DNA of 64,000 bases from Dehalococcoidia bacterium (GTDB lineage Bacteria > Chloroflexota > Dehalococcoidia > UBA2979), in assembly GCA_965219085.1 (NCBI GenBank), contig OZ244720.1, positions 1-64,000 of the forward strand. Reading direction: 5' to 3'. The translations under genes were made by a program, and so were the position numbers. A model generated the notes under the pieces. It was not told the origin of the DNA. It saw nothing but the letters and a program-made list of their open reading frames with translations, and did no database searches. How positions within the stretch are numbered: the stretch's first letter is position 1; each line of letters starts with the position of its first letter. Below are positions 31,573 through 40,895 of this stretch, in pieces.

Positions 31573-32631
31573 TCACACCCCCTGGAACTGGCGCAGGAAG
31601 CGCAAGTCGTTGGCGTAGAAGTTGCGGATGTCGTCGATGCCGTAGCGCAGCATCGCGATGCGCTCGACGCCCATGCCGGCGGCGAAGCCGGTGTAGCGCT
31701 CGGGGTCGACGCCGGCCTGTTCCAGCACCTCGGGATGCACCATCCCCGCGCCGAGGATCTCGAGCCACCCGCTGCCGCGGCAGACCGCGCACGACGGGTC
31801 GTCGCCGGGGCAGGCGAAGCAGTCCACGGCGACCTCGACGCCCGGCTCGACGAACGGGAAGTAGGAGTGGCGCAGCATCACGCGGCGCTCCGAGCCGAAG
31901 AGCTGGCGCGCGAACTCCCAGAGCGTGCCCTTGAGGTCGGCGAGCGAGACGCCCTCGTCGACGGCGAGCAGCTCGACCTGCGTCATCATCCACTCGTGGG
32001 TGGCGTCGGTCGCCTCGTAGCGGTAGCAGCGGCCCGGCACGGCGATGCGCACCGGCGGCTCGTGCTCGTCGAGGTAGCGAATCTGCATCGGCGAGGTGTG
32101 CGTGCGCAGCAGCAGCGGCTGGCGGCCGTCGACGTCCTCGTCGAGCCAGAACGTGTCCCACATGTCGCGCGCCGGGTGGTCCTCGGGGATGCGCAGGCGC
32201 GTGAAGTTGTAGTCGTCGAGCTCGACCTCGGGGCCCTCGATGGTGGCGAAGCCCATGCGCGTGAAGGCGTCGAGGATGTCGTGCAGGGTCTGCGTGACGG
32301 GATGGAGCCCGCCGCTGCGGCGACGCCGTCCCGGCAGGGTCACGTCGACGGCCCCGCTCGCGAGCGCGGCGGCGCGCGCCGCGGCCGTCAGCTCCTCGCG
32401 CCGCGCCTCGAGCGCCGCCTCGAGGTCGCGCTTGAGCTCGTTGGCCGCGCGCCCGGCCGCCCGACGCTCCTCGGCGGGCAGCCCGGAGAGCCCTCGGAGC
32501 ACGGCAGTCAGCGACCCCGACCGCCCCAGCGTGGCGACGCGCCACGCCTCGACGGCGTCCTCGTCGCCGGCCGCGGCGAGGGCGGCGCGTGCGTCACTGG
32601 CGAGGGCGTCGAGGTTGGGGGTGGGGGGCAT
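31573..32631 (-). CDS. pheS: Phenylalanyl-tRNA synthetase alpha subunit
   Basis: HPARDMWDTF, LRTHTSPMQ, YFPFVEP, GMGVERIAM. Confidence 0.97.
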   Translation of the reverse strand: MPPTPNLDALASDARAALAAAGDEDAVEAWRVATLGRSGSLTAVLRGLSGLPAEERRAAGRAANELKRDLEAALEARREELTAAARAAALASGAVDVTLPGRRRRSGGLHPVTQTLHDILDAFTRMGFATIEGPEVELDDYNFTRLRIPEDHPARDMWDTFWLDEDVDGRQPLLLRTHTSPMQIRYLDEHEPPVRIAVPGRCYRYEATDATHEWMMTQVELLAVDEGVSLADLKGTLWEFARQLFGSERRVMLRHSYFPFVEPGVEVAVDCFACPGDDPSCAVCRGSGWLEILGAGMVHPEVLEQAGVDPERYTGFAAGMGVERIAMLRYGIDDIRNFYANDLRFLRQFQGV

Positions 32632-32685
32632 GGGGGGAGTGTGGCGCGGGGGGCGGATGTGGGCAACGCGGCGCGCGCGGCCCGA

Positions 32686-32964
32686 TCAGTCCTCGTAGCG
32701 AAGTGAACTCGCGAGGCCCTCTGCGCCGGTCGGAGGCGGAATGGGCCGCCCCTGCTCGAGCTCCGACTCGATCCACAACGCCATGGCGTCTTCGATGTTC
32801 GAGGCGGCCTCGGCGGCCGTAGCACCGCCCGAGAAGCAGCCGGGGAACTCGAGGACCTGCGAGGAGTACGTGCCCTCGGGATCGCGGGTGACGATCAGCG
32901 TGTACGCGCTGCGCATGATCTCGCTCACACGCGGGTCCTGGACATCCGTCGGCGAACTAGTCAT
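32686..32964 (-). CDS. hicB: HicB-family antitoxin
   Basis: LEFPGCFSGGATAAEAASNIEDAMALWIE..GRPIP. Confidence 0.88.
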   Translation of the reverse strand: MTSSPTDVQDPRVSEIMRSAYTLIVTRDPEGTYSSQVLEFPGCFSGGATAAEAASNIEDAMALWIESELEQGRPIPPPTGAEGLASSLRYED

Positions 32965-33184
32965 CGCTACTCTCCTGCAACGCCTTGATGATATTCCGTG
33001 CGACGCCGGTTGTGAGCGTAACGGGGATGGTGAGCGTGCGGTACCCGGGCTTGACGAAGTGCATGTGCCCGCCTCGCGTCCGCCGATACACCCACCCGCA
33101 AGCCTCGGCGGCACGGGTGAGATCGCGGCTCCGGAGGTTGCCGACCCTCGCCCGCAGCGCCGCGAAGTCAACGGCCTCCGGCAC
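32957..33184 (-). CDS. hicA: HicA-family toxin
   Basis: GWVYRRTRGGHMHF..LTIP; upstream of and overlapping hicB. Confidence 0.82.
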   Translation of the reverse strand: MPEAVDFAALRARVGNLRSRDLTRAAEACGWVYRRTRGGHMHFVKPGYRTLTIPVTLTTGVARNIIKALQESSDD

Positions 33185-33216
33185 GCCGACACAATGTTAG
33201 TGCATCGAGCACCGGG

Positions 33217-33332
33217 CACGCCTCGTCGGCGACAGCGGCGAAGGCGGCGCGGGCATCACTGGCGAGGGCATCGAGGTTCGGGTTGGGGATCATGGGGGGA
33301 GTCTGGCGCGGGTGGCGGGTGTGGGCAATGCG
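33217..33332 (-). pseudogene. pheS: Diverged duplicate of pheS upstream region and first ~25 codons
   Basis: MIPNPNLDALASDARAAFAAVADEA vs MPPTPNLDALASDARAALAAAGDEDA; matches 32543-32670 including ~40 bp upstream. Confidence 0.88.
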
Positions 33333-33442
33333 CTCGGACAATCCGCACACTTATCCACAGCCGGGTCGCTGGTGTGCGCAGATGGACAGGAAATCGTGGA
33401 CAATCTCCTTGCGGGCAGGTATCCGCATACATACGCTAGCTC

Positions 33443-34274
33443 ATGAGCAATTTGACAAGTGAGGGCTCGCCACTCACGACCGGCCTGGAGGATCCCCATG
33501 ACTCGTCTCACATGTACCCGCGATCAGGCTCGGTCGAAGATCGAGATGCAGGTCGCGGCAGCTCAGACGCTGCAGGGCGGCAGGGAGCCAGGTTGGGATC
33601 TCCGCTACGAGAACTGGGACGCTCACAATCGAGCACTCCTCGAATCACTGTTCGAGGACTCGGGCCTAGCCGAGGAGTACGCGACTATCTCCACGGGGAT
33701 GCCCATCATGTTCTCGATGGACGAAGGCCCTCGTCTGGCAGCTGAAGCAAGGCGAGACACCTTCAAGCGACGATTGAACCGGCTGAGCTCCTTCGTTGAT
33801 CGCTTAGAGTTCTACGACGAGCCCAAACCCGAGGGCACGCTCAGACCCCCCGAATCGTTCAAGTGGGTCGAGTCGCTCCACCCAGAGGTGCGACGTCAAG
33901 CCGGGCCGCTCGTGGCAAGCGGACACTATGCAGAAGCAATCAGGAAGTCGGCTCAGCATCTCCACAATTGCGTGCGGGAACTCGCGGAGCAGATCGATTC
34001 AGCAGTAGGACAGCGTGACGGCGTTGCTTTGGTTAGCACCGTCTTTGGCGAGAATCCGCTCATACTTCTCACGCCCCGTCTCACCAAGTCCGAACGCGAC
34101 GAACACGACGGCCTCCGGTACCTATTCATGGGCGCGATGGCAGCCTTGAGGAACCCGCGCAGTCACGAGACGGACGAATGGGCTGCCCGTGACATTGACC
34201 TGCGCGAGGTCGTCGAGTGGCTCGGATTGCTCAGCGCTCTTCATCGAGCTCTCGACCGAGCACCAAACGCATAG
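33443..34274 (+). CDS. TIGR02391 (Ymh-like) domain protein; start uncertain
   Basis: LHPEV, GHYAEAI, DGVALVSTVF, LFMGAMAALRNPRSHE; the ATG at 33443 is out of frame with the long ORF 33459-34274. Confidence 0.7.
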
Positions 34275-34455
34275 CGAGGAACCAGTCGTCGATTCCGCCC
34301 ACCCCGGGGACCGTGCTCTCCCTCCTGCCTGGGTGACCTCGCCCGAGGGTTGCAGCCTCTTAGCGTGGAGAGCGCGGAGGCAGGTTCGGGCTGCTATTTG
34401 CTAATCGTCCCCTACAATCCCCCACACCACACTGCACACCCGAAAGGACACACCG

Positions 34456-34707
34456 ATGAGCGTTCGCGGCTACATCCTCGTCGAGACCGAGGTCGGCAGG
34501 ACCCAGGCGGTCGGGCGCGCCATGCGCGACCTCGAGTCCACACAGGCCACCGTCACCGCCGTCGACACCGTCACCGGCCCCTACGACGTCATCGTCCAAC
34601 TCGACGCCGAGGACCTCGACCAGCTCGGCAAGTGCATCACCGAGGAGCTCCAGGCCGTCTCCGGCGTCCAGCGCACGACCACCTGCCTCGCCGTCTCGCT
34701 GGGCTAG
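34456..34707 (+). CDS. Lrp/AsnC ligand-binding domain protein
   Basis: YILVETEVG, VTGPYDVIV, GVQRTTTC. Confidence 0.85.
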   Translation: MSVRGYILVETEVGRTQAVGRAMRDLESTQATVTAVDTVTGPYDVIVQLDAEDLDQLGKCITEELQAVSGVQRTTTCLAVSLG

Positions 34708-34749
34708 CAGCCCCGCGCCCACCCGGATGCTCGTGTATCCTGACTCCCG

Positions 34750-35037
34750 ATGGTCGCATTCGACACAGCCAAGGTAGAGCGCGCACTGCGCGAGCCGCTC
34801 GGCGACGAAGCCGCGCGCGAGGTGACCGAAGCCCTCGCCGAAGGCATGGGCGAGCACCTTGCGACGCGCGAGGACCTCGGACGGCTCGGCAACGACCTGC
34901 GGGCCGAAATCGCGGCAGTCCGATCCGAGTTGGGCGCCGAGATACGCCAGGCCGAACAGCGCATCCTCATCCGCCTTGGTGCATGGACGCTCGCCGTGAT
35001 GTCCGTGGGCGTCGCGCTGCTGCGACTAACGGCATAG
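34750..35037 (+). CDS. DUF1640/CCDC90-like coiled-coil protein with C-terminal TM helix
   Basis: FDT.K, LATREDL, heptad repeats, hydrophobic tail. Confidence 0.65.
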   Translation: MVAFDTAKVERALREPLGDEAAREVTEALAEGMGEHLATREDLGRLGNDLRAEIAAVRSELGAEIRQAEQRILIRLGAWTLAVMSVGVALLRLTA

Positions 35038-35077
35038 CCACCCGCCCCCACTCCCCACGATCGCGTACGATCGACGC

Positions 35078-36418
35078 ATGACGACCACCGAGACACGCTC
35101 CTCCCTGCCCGCCGCCATGATCTCCGTCGAGGAGGCGCGGGCGCGCATCCTCGAACACTTCGCGCCCCTCGACGTCGTCGAGACGCCGCTGCTCGAGGCG
35201 GCCGGGCAGGTGCTCGCCGCCGACGTGCGCGGCGGCTTCGACATCCCGCCGCTGCCCAACACCTCGATGGACGGCTACGCGGTGCGCGCGGCGGACACGG
35301 CGGGCGCCACGCCCGGCGGCCCGCTGCGGCTGCGCGTGACCGGCTACCTGCCCGCCGGCTCCGTCTACGACGGCGCGGTCGGCCCCGGCGAGGCGGTGCG
35401 CATCATGACCGGCGCACCCATCCCCGACGGCGCCGACGCCATCGTCCCCTTCGAGGAGACCGACGAGGAGGAGCAGACCGCGCGCTGGGAGGACGGCCCT
35501 CGGCCCGAGGTCCGCATCGACGTCGAGGCGCGACCCGGCGCGAACGTGCGCCCGGCCGGCGAGGACGTGCGCGCGGGCGAGCTCGTGCTGCCCGCCGGGA
35601 CGATCCTCGGGCCGGCGCAGATCGGCGTGCTCGCCTCGCTCGGGCTCGGCACGGCGCGCGTCGTGCGCCGCCCGCGCGTCGCGATCCTGTCCACGGGCGA
35701 CGAGCTGCTGCGACCCGGCGAGCCGCTGCGGCCGGGCGCGATCTACGACGCGAACGGCTTCTCGCTGGCCTCGATGGCGCGCGAGATGGGGGCCGAGCCG
35801 CGCGTGCTCGACATCGCCGGCGACACCGTCGAGGCGCTCACCGCGCGCGTCCACGAGGGCCTCGCCGACGCCGACCTGCTGGTGACCTCGGCCGGCGTCT
35901 CGCGCGGCGACTTCGACGTGGTCAAGGAGGTGCTCGCGCGCGAGGGCTCGGTCGGCTTCTGGACCGTGCGGATGCGCCCCGGCAAGCCGCTCGCCTTCGG
36001 GACCTTCCAGACGGGTGGCGAGGCGGGCGACGGAGAGGCACGACGCGTCGTGCCGCACCTCGGGCTGCCCGGCAACCCGGTCTCGGCGATGATGACGTTC
36101 GAGCTGTTCGGCCGCCCCGCCGTCTACACGATGCTCGGCAAGCCGCAGGCGTGGGAGCGCGAGCGCGTGCGCGCGGTGGCCGAGGAGCGCATCGCCCGCC
36201 CCGACGACCGCCGCTTCTACGCCCGCGCCATCGTCGAGCGTCGCGAGGGCAGCTACCACGCGCGGCTGACGGGCCCGCAGGGCTCCGGGGTGCTGACCTC
36301 GATGGCGCTCGCGAACGGCATCGTCGTGGTGCCGGAGGACGGCGCGCCGATCGAGCCCGGCGACGAGTGCGACGTGATGCTGATCGGCCGCGTCCTCGAC
36401 GCCACCGACGAGGCGTGA
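35078..36418 (+). CDS. moeA: Molybdopterin molybdenumtransferase
   Basis: SMDGYAV, RIMTGAPIP, STGDEL, RPGKP, LPGNPVS. Confidence 0.95.
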   Translation: MTTTETRSSLPAAMISVEEARARILEHFAPLDVVETPLLEAAGQVLAADVRGGFDIPPLPNTSMDGYAVRAADTAGATPGGPLRLRVTGYLPAGSVYDGAVGPGEAVRIMTGAPIPDGADAIVPFEETDEEEQTARWEDGPRPEVRIDVEARPGANVRPAGEDVRAGELVLPAGTILGPAQIGVLASLGLGTARVVRRPRVAILSTGDELLRPGEPLRPGAIYDANGFSLASMAREMGAEPRVLDIAGDTVEALTARVHEGLADADLLVTSAGVSRGDFDVVKEVLAREGSVGFWTVRMRPGKPLAFGTFQTGGEAGDGEARRVVPHLGLPGNPVSAMMTFELFGRPAVYTMLGKPQAWERERVRAVAEERIARPDDRRFYARAIVERREGSYHARLTGPQGSGVLTSMALANGIVVVPEDGAPIEPGDECDVMLIGRVLDATDEA

Positions 36419-36951
36419 CCGCACCCCCTGGGGAGGCCCCTGCGGAGCCCCCTGTGGAGCCCTCGATCCCGCCGGTCGTGCGCCTCGACGCGCCCACCGA
36501 CTCCACCGTCTCGCTGCTGACCGCGACGCTCGTCGAGGCGCTGCGCGCGCGTGGCTACCGCACGGCGAGCGCCGAGCGCCGCCCCGGTGGCGACGGGCTC
36601 GCCGTGACGCTGCCGAGCGGCGGCCGCATCGGCGTCGAGCGCGATGTCGCCGAGGCCGACCTCGGCGCCTTCGTCGCCACCCTCGACCCCCGCGCCGACC
36701 TCGTGCTGGCCTTCGGCTTCGAGGACCCCTCGACGCCCCCGCCCGCGGCGATCGTGCTCACGATCGCGGGTGCCCACCTCGCAACCGTCGACGCCGCCGA
36801 GCTAACGCCGAGCCTCCAAACGGGCGGCCCCTCCCCCGTCGTCGAAGACCTCGCGTCGCTCCTCGACGCGCGCGTGCTCGGCGGCGTCGAGGAGTCCTCG
36901 GGGCGTGGTTTGGGGGCGAGGGTGCGGGGGTTGTTCAGGCGGCGGAGTTAG
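36415..36951 (+). CDS. MobB-like protein (degenerate)
   Basis: Overlaps moeA stop; LVEALRARGYRTA, ADLVLAFGF; no clear P-loop. Confidence 0.5.
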   Translation: MTAPPGEAPAEPPVEPSIPPVVRLDAPTDSTVSLLTATLVEALRARGYRTASAERRPGGDGLAVTLPSGGRIGVERDVAEADLGAFVATLDPRADLVLAFGFEDPSTPPPAAIVLTIAGAHLATVDAAELTPSLQTGGPSPVVEDLASLLDARVLGGVEESSGRGLGARVRGLFRRRS

Positions 36952-36983
36952 GCCATCGCGGCCCGGGGTATGCGGCCCCGGCA

Positions 36984-37021
36984 CCCTCGCCCAGTCCTCT
37001 GGGAGAGGGCGGGGGTGAGGG
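36984..37021 (-). repeat. REP-like palindromic element
   Basis: Minus strand CCCTCACCCCCGCCCTCTCCCAGAGGACTGGGCGAGGG, of the CCCTCACCC..CCCTCTCCC..GGGAGAGGG class. Confidence 0.6.
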
Positions 37022-37081
37022 CTCCGGCACGCGTCAAGGCGACACAACGCAGGGAGAATACACAACTGCCCGTGTGCCCGC

Positions 37082-37444
37082 CTACCACCGCTCGCAGTAG
37101 CGGAACGCCGCTCGGCCACGCAGGTCTTCTGGCACGCGCTTGCCGACGTAGTAGTCGGCGACCTCAGGCTCGGCATCCCGTCCGACGAACCCCCACCTGT
37201 CGGGCTCGTCGCCCTTGCCCGGAAAGTTCTCATTGGTCGCCCGCATCCACCGCTCGGGCCGGAACGCGCCGCGGACGATCCCGTCGCTGTGAGCGAGCAC
37301 GAGGGCGTAGCGCTCAGCCCGCCCTACGTCGACCTTCCATGCATACCTCGCGAGCTCGTACACATCGACGCCCTCGCGGTACGTCTGCGCGATGGAGACC
37401 AGCAGTAGCGGCTCACGCACCTCGAACGGCTGTGCATCCATCAT
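37082..37444 (-). CDS. Hypothetical protein resembling the C-terminal domain of LEM-3-like GIY-YIG proteins
   Basis: YELARYAWKV..RA..Y.LVLA..GIVRGAF..W pattern. Confidence 0.55.
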   Translation of the reverse strand: MMDAQPFEVREPLLLVSIAQTYREGVDVYELARYAWKVDVGRAERYALVLAHSDGIVRGAFRPERWMRATNENFPGKGDEPDRWGFVGRDAEPEVADYYVGKRVPEDLRGRAAFRYCERW

Positions 37445-37644
37445 TCGTCCTCCAGAAGTGCTCGCGCCTGCAACACCGCACTGAGCGTCCCGCGCTCCCT
37501 GCACGACTCAATGAAGAGGTACACCGCTTCCGCGAGATTGCTTGCGGCATCTTCCTTCGTGTCGCCCTGGCTATAGACATCAAGTGGCGGCCAGCGCGAG
37601 ATGTGGACATCGTCCTCGCGCCACACCTCAGCATTTGGGAGCAT
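37441..37644 (-). CDS. Short HicB-like protein (orphan)
   Basis: LDVYSQGDTKEDAASNLAEAVYLFIE; TGATG overlap with acyP stop. Confidence 0.65.
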   Translation of the reverse strand: MLPNAEVWREDDVHISRWPPLDVYSQGDTKEDAASNLAEAVYLFIESCRERGTLSAVLQARALLEDE

Positions 37645-37982
37645 CAGATAACCGCCTCGAAGCCGCGGAACTCGCCCGTCGGCTCCTCCCAACGGTAGTC
37701 GAGGTCATGCACCATCGCCAGCGTGGGGCCCTCGCGCAGCCGCTCGATGAAGCGACGCAGCGTCGGCTCGTCCGCCTCGGCCTGCACCTCGACGGTGCGG
37801 CCGTCGGGCAGGTTGCGCGCGTAGCCGTCGACTTGCAGGCGCTGCGCCTCGTAGACGCAGAACGCGAGGTAGCTCACGCCCTGCACCCGCCCCACGGCCT
37901 TCGCCACGAGGCGCCTCGGACGGCGCGGGTCGACGATGCCTCGCGGCGCCTCGGTGGCGCCGTCATCGGCGTAACCGATCAT
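37644..37982 (-). CDS. acyP: Acylphosphatase
   Basis: GRVQGVSY, GYARNLPDGRTVEV. Confidence 0.85.
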   Translation of the reverse strand: MIGYADDGATEAPRGIVDPRRPRRLVAKAVGRVQGVSYLAFCVYEAQRLQVDGYARNLPDGRTVEVQAEADEPTLRRFIERLREGPTLAMVHDLDYRWEEPTGEFRGFEAVI

Positions 37983-38010
37983 TGCGCGCGGCTCCGCCGG
38001 CGGCCGGGGG

Positions 38011-39711
38011 TCACGGCGTGGCGAGCCCGCGCACGATCTCGCGCACGAGGTCTTCAGGCACGTCGTTGCGGACGACCGGACGGCCGATCTCCTCGAGCAG
38101 CACGAAGCGCAGCCGTCCGCGCTCGACCTTCTTGTCGAGGCGCATCGCGCCGAGCACGGCCTCCGGGTCGACGCCGGGCGCCGACAGCGGCAGCCCGAGC
38201 GCGCGCAGCACGTCGGCCTGGCGCGCGACGATCTCGCGATCGTGAAGTCCGAGGCGTTCGCCGATGCGGGCGGCGCCCATCATGCCGGCTGAGACCGCCT
38301 CGCCGTGCAGGAAGTCGGTGTAGCCCGTCGCCGCCTCGATACCGTGGCCGATGGTGTGGCCGTAGTTGAGGATGGCGCGCAGCCCCTGCTCGCGCGGGTC
38401 GGCCGAGACGACGAGCGACTTGAGGCGCGCCGACCGCGCCGTGACGCGCGTCAGCAGCTCGGTGTCCAGCGGCAGCGCGACGAGCGCCCCTGCGTGGCGC
38501 TCGATTTCGTTCATCAGCCCCGGGTCGAGGATGAGCGCGTGCTTGACCACCTCGGCGAGGCCCTCGGCGAGCCCGCGCCGAGGGAGCGTGCGTAGCAGTT
38601 CGATGTCCGAGATCACGGCGCGCGGCTGGTGGAACGCGCCGACGAGGTTCTTGCCCTCGGGCAGGTCGACGGCGACCTTGCCGCCAATGGCGGCGTCGTT
38701 CATCGCGAGCATCGTCGTCGGCACCTGCACGAACGGCATACCCCGCAGGTACGTCGCCGCGACGTGGCCGGCGAGGTCGCCCACGACCCCGCCGCCGAAC
38801 GCCATGATCGTGTCGCGGCGCTCGGCGCGCGACTCGGCGAGCCAGGCGTACAGCTCCTGGACGACACCCAGCCGCTTCGACTGCTCGCCCGAGGGGACGA
38901 CGTACGAGGCGCCCTGGAACCCGCCCGCGTCGAGCGCCTCGACGAGGCCCTCGCCGTGCGCGTTCATGACGTTCTCGTCGGCGATGAGGTAGACGGTCCC
39001 GTCGAGGCCGAGCTGGTGCAGGCGATCGGGCACGCGCGCGAGCTCGCCCGCGCCGACCCAGATCGGGTAGCGGTCCTCGCCCGTATCGACGATGGCGGTC
39101 GGCCCGACCGCGGGCGGGTGCATCCCGAGGCGTTCGAGGCGGCGATCGCCTCCGGCGAGGACCGATGCGCCACCGGCCCACGCGCGCAGGATGCGCTCGG
39201 CCACGTCGGCAGGCGTCAGGCCCTGTGTCGGCACCCACAGGTCGGCGTGCGAGTAGGCGACGCGGCGCTCGTCGTCGAGTTCCTGCAGGCGTGTCTCGAG
39301 GTCGCCGGCGAGCAGCGGGCGCTCGCTGCCGTCGACCGTCTCGCGGACGCGGCGAGCGATCTCGGTGGGGGTAGCGTCGAGCCAGCACAGCAGCCCGCGC
39401 TCGCCGAGCGCGCGGCGCGCACGAGCGCTGAGGAAGGCGCCGCCGCCCGTCGCGATCACAGCCGGCGCGCGCTTCGCCGCCTCGGCGACCACGCGCTCCT
39501 CGATCCTGCGGAAGGCCGGTTCGCCGTCCTCGGTGATGAGTTCGGCGGGCGTGCGACCCTCGGACTGCGTGACGAGGTCATCCGTGTCGATCAGCGGCCA
39601 GCCGAGGCGGTCGGCAAGGATCGCGCCCGTCGCGGACTTGCCGACGCCGCTCAGCCCGACGAGCACGATCTGGCGCACCGCGCCGCGGGCCGCTTCGTTG
39701 GCTGGGCTCAC
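38011..39711 (-). CDS. aroKB: Bifunctional shikimate kinase / 3-dehydroquinate synthase
   Basis: GLSGVGKS, IATGGG; GGGVVGDLAG, GGKVAVD, LNYGHTIGH. Confidence 0.93.
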   Translation of the reverse strand: MSPANEAARGAVRQIVLVGLSGVGKSATGAILADRLGWPLIDTDDLVTQSEGRTPAELITEDGEPAFRRIEERVVAEAAKRAPAVIATGGGAFLSARARRALGERGLLCWLDATPTEIARRVRETVDGSERPLLAGDLETRLQELDDERRVAYSHADLWVPTQGLTPADVAERILRAWAGGASVLAGGDRRLERLGMHPPAVGPTAIVDTGEDRYPIWVGAGELARVPDRLHQLGLDGTVYLIADENVMNAHGEGLVEALDAGGFQGASYVVPSGEQSKRLGVVQELYAWLAESRAERRDTIMAFGGGVVGDLAGHVAATYLRGMPFVQVPTTMLAMNDAAIGGKVAVDLPEGKNLVGAFHQPRAVISDIELLRTLPRRGLAEGLAEVVKHALILDPGLMNEIERHAGALVALPLDTELLTRVTARSARLKSLVVSADPREQGLRAILNYGHTIGHGIEAATGYTDFLHGEAVSAGMMGAARIGERLGLHDREIVARQADVLRALGLPLSAPGVDPEAVLGAMRLDKKVERGRLRFVLLEEIGRPVVRNDVPEDLVREIVRGLATP

Positions 39712-40895
39712 GGGCGAGGCTCCCGCGGGCCGACGGTCTCGACGTAGGCAGCGGCGTTCCGCTTGAACTCGTCGATGTGGTCGCCCCCGAACTTCTCAAG
39801 CGCCGCGTCGGCGAGCACGATACAGAGCACGGCCTCGCCGATCACACCCGCCGCCGGCACGACGCAGGCGTCGGCGCGCTCGTAGAACGCCTCGACCTGC
39901 TCACCGGTGAGCAGGTCGGCGGTCGGCAGGCGGCGCGGCAAGGTGGAGATGGGCTTGAGCGCCGCGCGCACCACGATGTCCTCGCCGTTGCTCATGCCGG
40001 CCTCGATGCCGCCTGCGCGGTTGGTCGCGCGCTCCCACTTGCGCCCCTCCCACTCGCCAGCCGGGAGCAGCGTGTCGTGGACCTCGGAGCCTGGCTTGTG
40101 CGCGTTCTCGAACGCGGGGCCGATCTCGACGCCCTTCACGGCGTTGATACCGAGGAATGCCGACGCGATGCGCGCGTCAAGCCGCCGGTCCCACTGCACG
40201 TGCGCGCCGAGCCCGATCGGCGCGCCGCTCGCGCGCACCTCGAAGATGCCGCCGAGGCTGTCGAGGGACTCCCTGGCGGCGTCGATGGCGGCGATCATGT
40301 GCGGCTCGGCGCCAGGGTCGTGGACGCGCACCGGCGAGCGTTCGATCGCCGCCCAGTCGACGTCCACGCCGTCGAGCGGCTGCGCGATCACGTCGCCGAT
40401 GGCGACGGTGTGCGAGTGCACCTCGACGCCGATCTCGGTGAGCAGCGCGCGCGCCACCGCGCCGGCGGCCACGCGCGCCGCCGTCTCGCGCGCGCTCGAG
40501 CGTTCGAGGATCTGGCGCACGTCGTCGAGGCCGTACTTCTGCGTGCCGGCGAGGTCGGCGTGGCCGGGGCGCAGCAGCGTGACGCGCTCGACCTCCTGGT
40601 CGACCGGCTCGACGGCCATGCGCACGCGCCAGTTGGCGTTGTTGTGGTCCTTGTTCTCCAGCCACAGCGCGATCGGCGACCCGATGGTCAGCCCATGGCG
40701 CACGCCCGAGGTGATCTCGGCGCGGTCCTTCTCGATCTGCTGTCGCTTGCCGCGGCCGTAGCCGCCCTGGCGACGCACGAGGTCCGAGGCGATCCAGTCC
40801 TCGCTGAGCGCGAGACCGGCCGGCACGCCCTCGATGACCGTGGTGAGGCCCTTGCCGTGCGACTCGCCCGCGGTCAGGAACCGGAAGTTGCTCAC
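39708..40895 (-). CDS. aroC: Chorismate synthase
   Basis: TAGESHG, RPGHAD, ERSSARETAARVA. Confidence 0.96.
   Translation of the reverse strand: MSNFRFLTAGESHGKGLTTVIEGVPAGLALSEDWIASDLVRRQGGYGRGKRQQIEKDRAEITSGVRHGLTIGSPIALWLENKDHNNANWRVRMAVEPVDQEVERVTLLRPGHADLAGTQKYGLDDVRQILERSSARETAARVAAGAVARALLTEIGVEVHSHTVAIGDVIAQPLDGVDVDWAAIERSPVRVHDPGAEPHMIAAIDAARESLDSLGGIFEVRASGAPIGLGAHVQWDRRLDARIASAFLGINAVKGVEIGPAFENAHKPGSEVHDTLLPAGEWEGRKWERATNRAGGIEAGMSNGEDIVVRAALKPISTLPRRLPTADLLTGEQVEAFYERADACVVPAAGVIGEAVLCIVLADAALEKFGGDHIDEFKRNAAAYVETVGPREPRP

Noticed and set aside
33351-33359. DnaA box TTATCCACA suggesting oriC
   Set aside because: Single box, no cluster or AT-rich unwinding element, no dnaA nearby
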